Source: Mobula hypostoma
Lineage: Eukaryota
Assembly (NCBI RefSeq): GCF_963921235.1
Contig: NC_086107.1
Span: forward strand, 99,574,001 to 99,638,000
Length of the DNA stretch: 64,000 nt
Direction: 5' to 3'
Both the position numbers and the translations under genes were made by a program. The notes beneath the pieces are model-generated. The model ran no database searches and was not told where the DNA came from. It saw nothing but the letters and a program-made list of their open reading frames with translations. Position 1 is the stretch's first letter; every line of letters begins with the position of its first letter. Positions 14,630 through 25,486 of the stretch are shown here, piece by piece.

Positions 14630-15270
14630 ATCATTTTCATGTCATGAAATCGGTTGTTTTGCAGCAGTAGTACAGTGCAATACTTTAAAAATTTAAGTTA
14701 CAATAAATATTTTTTTTAAAATAGTGCAAAAAGGAGCAAATGATGAGATACTGTTCATGAATTCATGAACTGTTCAAAATCTGGTGACGGAGAGGAAGAA
14801 GCCTCTGCCACCTAAGATTCTGCGTGTTTGTCTTCAGGCTCCTGTTTTCCTTCTTTGATAGTAGTAATGAGAGGAGGGCATGTCCCAGATGGCATGGTTC
14901 ATTAGTGATGGATACCAATCTTCTTGCGGCATTGTTTTTTGCATATGTCTTTGATAATGCTAGTGCTATTGATGGATCTGGCTGAGTTTACAACCCTCTG
15001 CAGATTTTCTGATCCATTAATGCATTAATACCTCCATACCAGACGGTGATGCAATCAGTTAGAATGCTCTTCATGGTACATCTGTAGACATTTGAATCTC
15101 CTCACACACCCAATGAATAAAAGTGCTAGCATACTTTCTTTGTAATTGCATCAACATGTTGGGCCCAGGATAGATCTTCAGAGATGTTGACAGCCAGGAA
15201 TTTAAAGCTGTTCACTTTTTCCTCTGCTAACCCCTTGATAAGGACTGGCATATTTTCATGCACCTTTCCA
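14630..15270 (-). mobile_element. Rex1/Babar LINE 3' fragment
   Basis: ORF 15126-15323 contains FKFLAVNISEDLSWAQHVDAITKK; the 3' UTR resembles that of the 5967 copy. Confidence 0.75.
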
Positions 15271-15665
15271 TTTACCTTAATTACTTCTTCTGAGGAGCCA
15301 TCACACTCCCATCCCAGCAACACCTCACCCTAACAATTCTCCTGTCATCTGCCTACACTGGAGGATAACTTGCAGTAACAAGTTAACTTATCTGCATGTC
15401 TTTTTCGGATGAGGCAGGAAATTGAATGATTGGGATGACCACACTATCACAGGATGATCGTACAAAGTCCATGGAATAGATGCCCAAAGTAAAAATCAAA
15501 ACTGTTCATGGTACTCTGCAGCAACAGTACTACTTGCTCCGTCTCCCTTGTATTAATAGAGATAAGCAATGTGTAATGTTGCATTAGGGTTTCTAATAAC
15601 AAGCAACACACATCAAAGTTGCTGGTGAACGCAGCAGGCCAAGCAGCATCTATAGGAAGAGGCGC

Positions 15666-15701
15666 AGTCGACGTTTCAGGCCGAGACCCTTCGTCAGGAC
15701 T
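15666..15701 (-). ncRNA. Minimal type I hammerhead ribozyme motif (inverted arm of the PLE)
   Basis: On -: AGTC-CTGACGA-A-GGGT(CTCG)GCCT-GAAA-CGTC-GACT. Activity not shown. Confidence 0.75.
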
Positions 15702-17203
15702 AACTGAAGGAAGAGTGAGTAAGGGATTTGAAAGCTGGAGGGGGAGGGGGAGATGCAAAATGATAGGAGAAGACAGGAGGGGGAGGGATAGAGCCGAGAG
15801 CTGGACAGGTGATAGGCAAAAGGGGATACGAGAGGATCATGGGACAGGAGGTCCGGGAAGAAAGATGGGGGGGGGGGGTGACCCAGAGGATGGGCAAGAG
15901 GTATACAAGAGGTATATTCAGAGGGACAGAGGGAGAAAAAGGAGATTGAGAGAAAGAATGTGTGCATAAAAATGAGTGACAGATGGGGTACGAGGGGGAG
16001 GTGGGGCCTAGCGGAAGTTAGAGAAGTCAATGTTCATGCCATCAGGTTGGAGGCTACCCAGACGGAATATAAGGTGTTGTTCCTCCAACCTGAGTGTGGC
16101 TTCATCTTTACAGTACAGGAGGCCGTGGATAGACATGTCAGAATGGGAATGGGATGTGGAATTAAAATGTGTGGCCACTGGGAGATCCTGCTTTCTCTGG
16201 CAGACAGAGCGTAGATGTTCAGCAAAGCGGTCTCCCAGTCTGCGTCGGGTCTCACCAATATATAAAAGGCCACATCGGGAGCACCAGACGCAGTATATCA
16301 CCCCAGTCGACTCACAGGTGAAGTGATGCCTCACCTGGAAGGACTGTTTGGGGCCCTGAATGGTGGTAAGGGAGGAAGTGTAAGGGCATGTGTAGCACTT
16401 GTTCCGCTTACACGGATAAGTGCCAGGAGGGAGATCAGTGGGGAGGGATGGGGGGGACGAATGGACAAGGGAGTTGTGTAGGGAGCGATCCCCGCGGAAT
16501 GCAGAGGGGGGGGGAGGGAAAGATGTGCTTAGTGGTGGGATCCCGTTGGAGGTGGCGGAAGTTACGGAGAATAATATGTTGGACCCGGAGGCTGGTGGGG
16601 TGGTAGGTGAGGACCAGGGGAACCCTATTCCTAGTGGGGTGGTGGGAGGATGGAGTGAGAGCAGATGTACGTGAAATGGGGGAGATGCGTTTAAGAGCAG
16701 AGTTGATAGTGGAGGAAGGGAAGCCCCTTTCTTTAAAAAATGAAGACATCTCCCTCGTCCTAGAATGAAAACCCTCATCCTGAGAGCAGATGCGGCGGAG
16801 ATGGAGGAATTGCGAGAAGGGGATGGCGTTTTTGCAAGAGACAGGGTGAGAAGAGGAATAGTCCAGATAGCTGTGAGAGTCAGTAGGCTTATAGTAGACA
16901 TCAGTGGATAAGCTGTCTCCAGAGACAGAGACAGAAAGATCTAGAAAGGGGAGGGAGGTGTCGGAAATGGACCAGGTAAACTTGAGGGCAGGGTGAAAGT
17001 TGGAGGCAAAGTTAATAAAGTCAACGAGTTCTGCATGCGTGCAGGAAGCAGCGCCAATGCAGTCGTCGATGTAGCGAAGGAAAAGTGGGGGACAGATACC
17101 AGAATAGGCACGGAACATAGATTGTTCCACAAACCCAACAAAAAGGCAGGCATAGCTAGGACCCATACGGGTGCCCATAGCTACACCTTTAGTTTGGAGG
17201 AAA

Positions 17204-19194
17204 CCCTCCTCTTCTTTATGGACACCCCGCTCTGGTCTTCTGCCTGCTCTGGATCTCTTTATTGCCAACTGCCGACGGGACATCAACTGTCTCGACTTCA
17301 CCGCACCTTGTCCCCATTCCAACCTCACTCCTTCGGAACGCTCTGCTCTCCACTCCCTCCGCACTAATCCTAACATTATTATTAAACCCGCTGATAAAGG
17401 GGGTGCTGTTGTAGTCTGGCGTACTGACCTCTACCTTGCCGAGGCACAGCGACAACTCGCGGATACCTCCTCTTATTTACCCCTCGATCGTGACCCCACT
17501 AAGGAGCACCAGGCCATTGTCTCCCACACTATCAACGACTTTATCCGCTCAGGGGATCTCCCATCCACTGCTACCAACCTTATAGTTCCCACACCCTGCA
17601 CTTCCCGTTTCTACCTCCTACCCAAGATCCACAAACCTGCCTGTCCTGGCCGACCTTTTGTCTCAGCTTGCTCCTGCCCCACCGAACTCGTTTCTGCATA
17701 CCTCGACACTGTTTTATCACCCCTTGTTCAATCCCTTCCGACCTATGTTCGTGACACTTCTCACGCTCTTAAACTTTTCGAAGATTTTAAGTTCCCTGGC
17801 CCCCACCGCTTTATTTTCACCATGGATGTCCAGTCCTTATATACTTCCATCCCCCATCAGGAAGGTCTCAAAGCTCTACGCTTCTTTTTGGATTCCAGAC
17901 CTAATCAGTTCCCCTCTACCACCACTCTGCTCCGTCTAGCGGAATTAGTCCTTACTCTTAATAATTTCTCCTTTTGCTCCTCCCATTTCCTCCAAACTAA
18001 AGGTGTAGCTATGGGCACCCGTATGGGTCCTAGCTATGCCTGCCTTTTTGTTGGGTTTGTGGAACAATCTATGTTCCGTGCCTATTCTGGTATCTGTCCC
18101 CCACTTTTCCTTCGCTACATCGACGACTGCATTGGCGCTGCTTCCTGCACACATGCAGAACTCGTTGACTTTATTAACTTTGCCTCCAACTTTCACCCTG
18201 CCCTCAAGTTTACCTGGTCCATTTCCGACACCTCCCTCCCCTTTCTAGATCTATCTGTCTCTGTCTCTGGAGACAGCTTATCCACTGATGTCTACTATAA
18301 GCCTACTGACTCTCACAGCTATCTGGACTATTCCTCTTCTCACCCTATCTCTTGCAAAAACGCCATCCCCTTCTCGCAATTCCTCCGTCTCCGCCGCATC
18401 TGCTCTCAGGATGAGGGTTTTCATTCTAGGACGAGGGAGATGTCTTCATTTTTTAAAGAAAGGGGCTTCCCTTCCTCCACTATCAACTCTGCTCTTAAAC
18501 GCATCTCCCCCATTTCATGTACATCTGCTCTCACTCCATCCTCCCACCACCCCACTAGGAATAGGGTTCCCCTGGTCCTCACCTACCACCCCACCAGCCT
18601 CCGGGTCCAACATATTATTCTCCGTAACTTCCGCCACCTCCAACGGGATCCCACCACTAAGCACATCTTTCCCTCCCCCCCCTCTGCATTCCGCGGGGAT
18701 CGCTCCCTACACAACTCCCTTGTCCATTCGTCCCCCCCATCCCTCCCCACTGATCTCCCTCCTGGCACTTATCCGTGTAAGCGGAACAAGTGCTACACAT
18801 GCCCTTACACTTCCTCCCTTACACTTCCTCCCTTACCACCATTCAGGGCCCCAAACAGTCCTTCCAGGTGAGGCATCACTTCACCTGTGAGTCGACTGGG
18901 GTGATATACTGCGTCTGGTGCTCCCGATGTGGCCTTTTATATATTGGTGAGACCCGACGCAGACTGGGAGACCGCTTTGCTGAACATCTACGCTCTGTCT
19001 GCCAGAGAAAGCAGGATCTCCCAGTGGCCACACATTTTAATTCCACATCCCATTCCCATTCTGACATGTCTATCCACGGCCTCCTGTACTGTAAAGATGA
19101 AGCCACACTCAGGTTGGAGGAACAACACCTTATATTCCGTCTGGGTAGCCTCCAACCTGATGGCATGAACATTGACTTCTCTAACTTCCGCTAG
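17204..19194 (+). pseudogene. PLE polyprotein (reverse transcriptase + GIY-YIG endonuclease), 5'-truncated, one frameshift
   Basis: IIKPADKG motif, GVAMG, RYIDD catalytic motif, Cx4Cx2C linker (CKRNKCYTC), VIYCVWCSRCGLLYIGET endonuclease with two downstream His; a 14-bp duplication at ~18802-18829 shifts the frame. Confidence 0.9.
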
Positions 19195-19500
19195 GCCCCA
19201 CCTCCCCCTCGTACCCCATCTGTCACTCATTTTTATGCACACATTCTTTCTCTCAATCTCCTTTTTCTCCCTCTGTCCCTCTGAATATACCTCTTGTATA
19301 CCTCTTGCCCATCCTCTGGGTCACCCCCCCCCCCCGTCTTTCTTCCCGGACCTCCTGTCCCATGATCCTCTCGTATTCCCTTTTGCCTATCACCTGTCCA
19401 GCTCTCGGCTCTATCCCTCCCCCTCCTGTCTTCTCCTATCATTTTGCATCTCCCCCTCCCCCTCCAGCTTTCAAATCCCTTACTCACTCTTCCTTCAGTT

Positions 19501-19536
19501 AGTCCTGACGAAGGGTCTCGGCCTGAAACGTCGACT
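19501..19536 (+). ncRNA. Minimal type I hammerhead ribozyme motif in the PLE 3' repeat
   Basis: CTGACGA at 19505-19511, GAAA at 19525-19528, GUC triplet at 19530-19532; stem I AGTC/GACT; loopless palindromic stem III (ACGT). Activity not shown. Confidence 0.78.
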
Positions 19537-20295
19537 GCGCCTCTTCCTATAGATGCTGCTTGGCCTGCTGCGTTCACCAGCAACTTTGATGTGTGTTGCT
19601 TGAATTTCCAGCATCTGCAGAATTCCTGTTGTTAGGGTTTCTAATATCTGGAGAGCTTTGAGGGAACCGTGCAAAAAAAGACTCTTAAGTATTGAGAAAA
19701 TAAATGTACAAAAGGCTGCTGTTCCATTGTCTTAGGAGTGCAAAAGCACAAGCTGGTTGAAGATTAATTTAAAAATTATGTTTATTTAAAAAAATCTCTT
19801 GGACTTTCATAAAGTGTTTATCTGAACTTGCTGAGATTTAACAAAATTTGCAGTCATCACAGAACAAAGTTCAGTTAGCTGTATGTGACCATAGATTAAG
19901 CAAATAGATGTCATTTAAATTTTATGCAGAGAAATGCTAAGTAAATCCATGATAAAGAAAAGAACACAAAATGGTGGGATGGGAATTTATCCTTGATCAC
20001 ATGCAGAATAGCAATGAATGTTTGTTGAATTCAGATTATGAATATCAATGCTATATCTTTCAATGATTGCTTGAGAATAACAAAAACTATGTTTTTTGCC
20101 TTTTGATCAGGTTATATTTTCTGTTCATATACTTTTAAATGAAGTGCTTGAATTTTCCAACCATTTGACTTATTCAGGAAAGGTTTATTCCTGTTATAGT
20201 GGCTATGTACTTTGCCATATTCTCCAGAGATCTCTTTGATTTAAAGCTCTAATTTATTATGTACCTTATTGAAATGCTGACTTTTTAATGTACAG

Positions 20296-20384
20296 AAACT
20301 TGTTGCTGAGAAACAGGAAAAAAGGACACAAGAGCGACTGAAAAGAAGGGAGGAGAGAGAAAAGGAGGAACGAATGAAAAGAAG
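20296..20384 (+). CDS. LUC7L2: LUC7L2 coding exon (89 nt, KLVAEKQEKRTQERLKRREEREKEERMKR)
   Basis: tgtacAG acceptor and GTTGGT donor, phase 0/2; RE-rich segment matching LUC7L2. Confidence 0.92.
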
Positions 20385-21734
20385 GTTGGTTACCGTTTAA
20401 CACTTAAAGACTTGACCAACACCAGCGATAATTATTTCTGTGGGAAAAAAAATCATTTCTTCAGTTTGCTCCATGCCTTTAGGGATCTTTGACTTTGTTT
20501 ATCCTTTTTTCTTATCTTTGATCCTGATTTTGTTATTTTCTATTTCTCCTGTCTGATCCTAATGTTCCAGTACCATTATGTTCTTCCTTCCTCAAATTGT
20601 ATTCTTTTAATGTTCATTAATTTCCTGTTGTAATAGATCTTGACCCTGAAGACATTCTTCTCAATCTTGTCACCCTACTTAAATCTTGTATTCCAACATT
20701 ACTTGATTTTCTTTTGCTTGCAATCTCCATTCCTTTGGTTATCAAAGTAAGTCTGGATTCTTGGAAAAGCAAATCGTTTGACAATTAATATTCTTTCAAG
20801 AGGCAGCTAAAAAAGGGGAAGCATCTCTCTCATCTATCAGACAGGGTGCTTACTAGCAGCACTTAATCAGATTTCACACAGGAAAGTTGGTAGCATTCAA
20901 AATCTGTAGAAATGGAGGTAATCTTTTTACATCTTGGTATTTGCCTGAAGGCAGAAGGAAATTTGATGTGGGTTGGTGATCAAGTGATATCTGGATAGGA
21001 ATGGTCAATGTATTTTTCTTGTGGCGTAGCAAGTGGTAATTCTAAAGACCTACACATTACTTAGATAGTAAAGTGATGTTTCTAGGTTTGCAAGTGACAC
21101 AAAATTAGAAGGCAATGTATACTGTGTAATTTCAAGGAAGAAGTAATAAAAGCATAAATGATCATGTGTGTGGCTCAAAGTGGGGAAAAATGGAGGAGGT
21201 CTGTGTTGATCCACTGTGGATCCAAGAAGACACATGGAAAATGTTTGGAATTCAATTATCAGTAATGAGATAAGGGGCTTTTGTCATCCATGTGAATGAA
21301 CTGAGCATCAGCAGTTGCCAATACATACAAATGCAGTAGAGCTTGAATAAGTCTCCAGGCAACTGAAATATCAATTTTCAGTTTTGTATTCAAATCCCCT
21401 TGTGATAAAGACCTTTTGATTTATTTGGCTTCTAAATATTTGTGTTTTATTCAAAAGCCGAACTTGAGTTTCAAAACAAAAAATAATATAGGGAAATAAA
21501 CTTTACCCAGCAGTGTCTTACAGCTGTTAAGATGTGTGGCCAGGCTCTCTCTTAATTGTATGTAGTACATTAGCTCTGAGATTAAATGTTCAGAGGGTAT
21601 CAGGGTGAATTCATAGTTGCTTGAAAGCCTTTGTTTCTCTGAGAATACAAAGGAGCCTCGGCTTCATGTCAGAATTGAAAGATGAAGTTTGACCTGGCAG
21701 TAATTTTAGACCAAATCCAAGGCAAAACGTCACA

Positions 21735-22985
21735 AGAACTGGTACTTCTAAGAATTTTGATGACAAGAACTAAAAGTAAGATACAAGCTGAAATAGGTAA
21801 AGAACAATGTGGTTTTGTCAAAGACAGAGGTACAAGACACACGATATTGATGTTAAGGATACTATCAGAACAAGCTATTCAAGTGCAAAAAGATTTGTTT
21901 ATTTGTTTTATCAACTACACAAAAGCATTTGATGAAGTAAAGCATAATAAGTTATTTGAAATATTACAGGAAACTCTAGATCTAGATTCGAAAGACCTCC
22001 GCCTAATCAGAAATCTGTACTAGGATCAAGCTGCCGCTGTAAGAATAGATGGAGAAGTGGGTCAGTTTACGAAAATCGAGAGGCATTCGACAAGGGTGTG
22101 TTTTCTCCCCGATTTGTTTAATGTGTACAGTGAAACAATATTACAAAAAAGAAGAGACATCTTGGGAATCAAAGTTGGTGGTGAAAATATCAATAATTTC
22201 AGATATGCAGATGACACTGTTAATTGCAAGTACAGAGGAAGAACTACAAAACTTAATTGATATAGTTGTTGAAGAAAGTGCAAAAATGGGTCTATCAATT
22301 GTAAAAGGACAGAATATACGGTGATATCCAGAAAGAAGGAGAATCCTATCTGCTGGCTGAGAATAAACGGGGAAGACATAAAACAAGTACAGAACTTTTG
22401 CTACTTAGGAAGCTGGGTGACATCAGAAGGCAGGTGCAATATGGACATCAAAAGAAGAATAGGGATGGCAAAAGACACCTTTACGAGAATGAAGAATATA
22501 CTGACCAACACTAAACTAGGCATGACAACCTGCCTCAGAGCACTGAAATGTTACGTTTATCCAGTTACGTTATATGGCTCAGAATGTTGGGCAATAGCTA
22601 GTAACATGACGAAACGAATTGAAGCAACAGAGATGTGGTTTTTGAGGAGGATGCAAAGAATATCATGGATGAAATGAATATCTAACGAGGAAGTCATGAA
22701 CAGAGCAAGCACAAAAAGAGAAATAATGTATGAGATCATGAAAAGGCAACCTGACTTCATTGGACATGTGATTAGGACAGAGGAGTTAGAATGCACGGTA
22801 ATTATGGGAAAGATTGAAGGGAAGAAAGCAAGAGGAAGACAGACAAATGATGATGGAGACAGCAGCCAGAGAACTGGAAACGAATACCAGTGAATTGATC
22901 CACTTGACCCGAAACAGGAGTGTGTGGGCCATGGCAATCAAAGCTCAGACTGGGCACGGCCCCTGATGATGATGATGATGACGAC
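21735..22985 (+). mobile_element. RTE-clade LINE, 5'-truncated and disrupted
   Basis: EQCGF...ICFINYTKAFD.V, RQGC, RYADD, FCYLGS and LYGSECW motifs spread over frameshifted ORFs; (GAT)n 3' tail at ~22964-22985. Confidence 0.88.
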
Positions 22986-23342
22986 AACAGGTGCTACATA
23001 TAGTGTTAACAATAAAGTTATGTTGCTTAATCCATCAATGACTTTTATTCTTTTTACCCTTATTATTGGTGAAAGTCTTGAAATAATTGCATTTTAAGCC
23101 CTATCTCTGATGGTACCAATTTGCGATTCGATACTTTTATAATTTCTTCCTCTAAATTACACAGTTGCCGGCTTTATTATTGCTGATTAACCACCAATAA
23201 TTTTCTATGGTATTAGCGTTTGATAAAATCAGTATAAAAGATAGCAAGTATGTTGAGCCTTGAATCACTGTATTACATTAGAATTGTAGATGTAGCAATG
23301 AGATTCATTATCTTCTGTGTTACTCTTTTCTTGATATTTCAG

Positions 23343-23372
23343 GACCCGGTCTCGCAGCAGGGATCGCAGGAG
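23343..23372 (+). CDS. LUC7L2: LUC7L2 30-nt microexon (TRSRSRDRR)
   Basis: tttcAG acceptor, GTATGT donor, phase 2/2; keeps the frame between the 20296 and 27722 exons; CpG-rich RS codons in AT-rich surroundings. Confidence 0.85.
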
Positions 23373-24216
23373 GTATGTTTTCTTTTTTGGTTCCTCACTG
23401 GTGTGGCTACATCAACTATTTGAAGCTGGGGAATGAAGAGAAAATTATACTTGGATTTAAGAAGTAATATTGGGATATTCCAAAGTTATGTACCGATAAT
23501 GAAGTACAAGAGTCTACAAATATTACCTTCATTCCTGCACACATTAGCAATAAAAACACAATCTAGTCTAGTTTACCAGGTGAAGTTATCAATCTTCAGC
23601 ATCCAACAAAAGATCACATTCTTAATCTCACTCTAAAGGTCTCTGCTCTTCAGATGTTATTCAGTAGTTATACAGTCCTTATCAGGTGAGTTCAGTCATT
23701 CAAACCTGGTCATTACAATCTTACTTCAGATATCCTTAGTGAGATATTTACATTACAATTGAAACCATGAAATAGTACAAATTAACGTCTGAATCAATAT
23801 TTAAATGTGTTTCATCCAAGTTGGATGTACATTAAAGCCCAGCATCTGAATATCTGGAACAAATTAAGTGTTTACAAACACCTTCAGCCAAAGTGGTCAG
23901 TCTTGCTCTGTTGCCTCTTGTGGTATTCTTCACAGTGGCTAATTTCTAGGCAGATTGGTTTATAAGCAAATAAGGCTAAGTACATTTGGTATGACAGTGG
24001 ACTGTAAAAGCTGAAAGATTATCAAAAGAAACATCAATTCAAAATTGAAATATTCACAAACATTGTGCTCAAAGGAATTTGGTCCATTGTGCCATTCACT
24101 GTGATCATGGCTGATATACACCAAGCCTCAACTCTTTCTGAGGGTTATGCGGAACTGGCACAACTCCCCAACCTTTCAAAGTTGTATTTCCTATTTAAAT
24201 ATCTCTGGTTATTTAG

Positions 24217-24800
24217 ACAGTAGGTGCAGGAGTAGGCCATTCAGCCCTTCGAGCCAGCACCACCATTCACTGTGATTGTGGCTGATCATCCACAATCAGC
24301 ACCCTTTTCCTGCCTTCTCCCCATATCCCTTCACTCCGCTATCTTTAAGAGCTCTACCTAACTCTTTTTTGAAAGAATCCAGAGAATTGGCCTCCACTGC
24401 CTTCTGAGGCAGAGCATTCCACAGAACCACAACCCTCTATGTGAAAAAGTTTTTCCTCAACTCCGTTCTAAATTGTCTACTCCTTATTCTTAAACTGTGG
24501 CCTCTGGTTCTGGACTCCCCCAACATCGGGAACATGTTTCCTGCCTCTAGCGTGTCCAATCCCTTAATAATCTTATATGTTTCAATCAGATCCCCTCTCA
24601 TCCTTCTAAATTCTAGTGTATACAACCCCAGTCACTCCAATCTTTCAACATATGACAGAGCCGCCATCCCGGGAATTGACCTACGCTGCACTCCCTCGAT
24701 AGCTAGAATGTCCTTCCTCAAATTTGGAGACCAAAACTGTACACAGTACTCCAGGTGTAGTCTCACCAGGGCCCTGTACAACTGCAGAAGGACCTATTTG
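24217..24800 (-). mobile_element. CR1-type LINE 3' end
   Basis: ORF 24437-24625 (YTLEFRRMRGDLIETYKI...TRGHSL...RKNFFT) is the CR1 ORF2 C-terminus. Confidence 0.88.
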
Positions 24801-24979
24801 CCACTCTTCAAGAAGAAATTCCTATGTGGTTTTAAACTGTGATCTCCTTATTATGCAACTGTAATTATTTGAACTTCTACCTAGGTTCTGAATCAGATTT
24901 ATTATTTCTGGAGTGCCCTAAAAATTGTGGCTTTTGCAGCTGTGGTACAGTGCAAAGATGTAAAAATATAATTTATGAA

Positions 24980-25486
24980 AGTTCTGGTCACCTCACTATA
25001 GGAAGGATGTGGAAGCATTGGAAAGGGTATAGAGGAGATTTACCAGGATGCTGCCTGGTTTAGAGAGAATGCATTATGATCAGAGATTAAGGGAGCTAGG
25101 GCTTTACTCTTTGGAGAGGAGGAGGATGAGAGGAGACATGATAGAGGTATACAAGATATTAAGAGGAATAGATAGAGTGGACAGCCAGCACCTCTTCCCC
25201 AGGGCACCACTGCTCAATACAAGAGGACATGGCATTAAGGTAAGGGGTGGGAAGTTCAAGGGGGATATTAGAGGAAGGTTTTTTACTCAGAGTGGTTGGG
25301 TGTGTGGAATGCACTGCCTGAGTCAGTGGAGGAGGCAGATACACTAGTGAAATTTAAGAGACTACCAGACAGGTATATGGAGGAATTTAAGGTGGGGGGT
25401 TATATGGGAGAAGGCAGGTTTTAAGGGTCGGCACAACATTGTGGGCTGAAGGGCCTTTACTGTGCTGTACGATTCTATGTTCTATG
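24980..25486 (+). mobile_element. CR1-type LINE 3' end nested in a - strand Rex1 fragment (~24888-25790)
   Basis: LGLYSLERRRMRGDMIEVYKI...TRGH...FFTQ; TTCTATGTTCTATG tail; Rex1 3' sequence is present on both sides. Confidence 0.85.

Larger units (their letters stand above)
15599..19631 (+). mobile_element. Penelope-like element (Neptune-type), 5'-truncated, with a 1.6 kb inverted copy of its 3' part
   Basis: 15-bp TSD TTAGGGTTTCTAATA (15584-15598 and 19632-19646); arm 15600-17203 is the reverse complement of 17986-19602; ~29-nt tail only on the right; carries an RT plus GIY-YIG ORF. Confidence 0.93.

Noticed and set aside
15584..15589. The PLE target site begins with TTAGGG, hinting at telomere-repeat targeting
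   Set aside because: It is a single hexamer; the other two TSDs lack it, the element has a GIY-YIG endonuclease, and the leading TT matches the element's own 3' end (…CTGTTGTTT in the 41 kb copy).
16435..17376. 313-aa minus-strand ORF, and the start of the 566-aa plus-strand ORF, as real genes
   Set aside because: Both run across the inversion junction at ~17203, so their N-termini are antisense PLE sequence.
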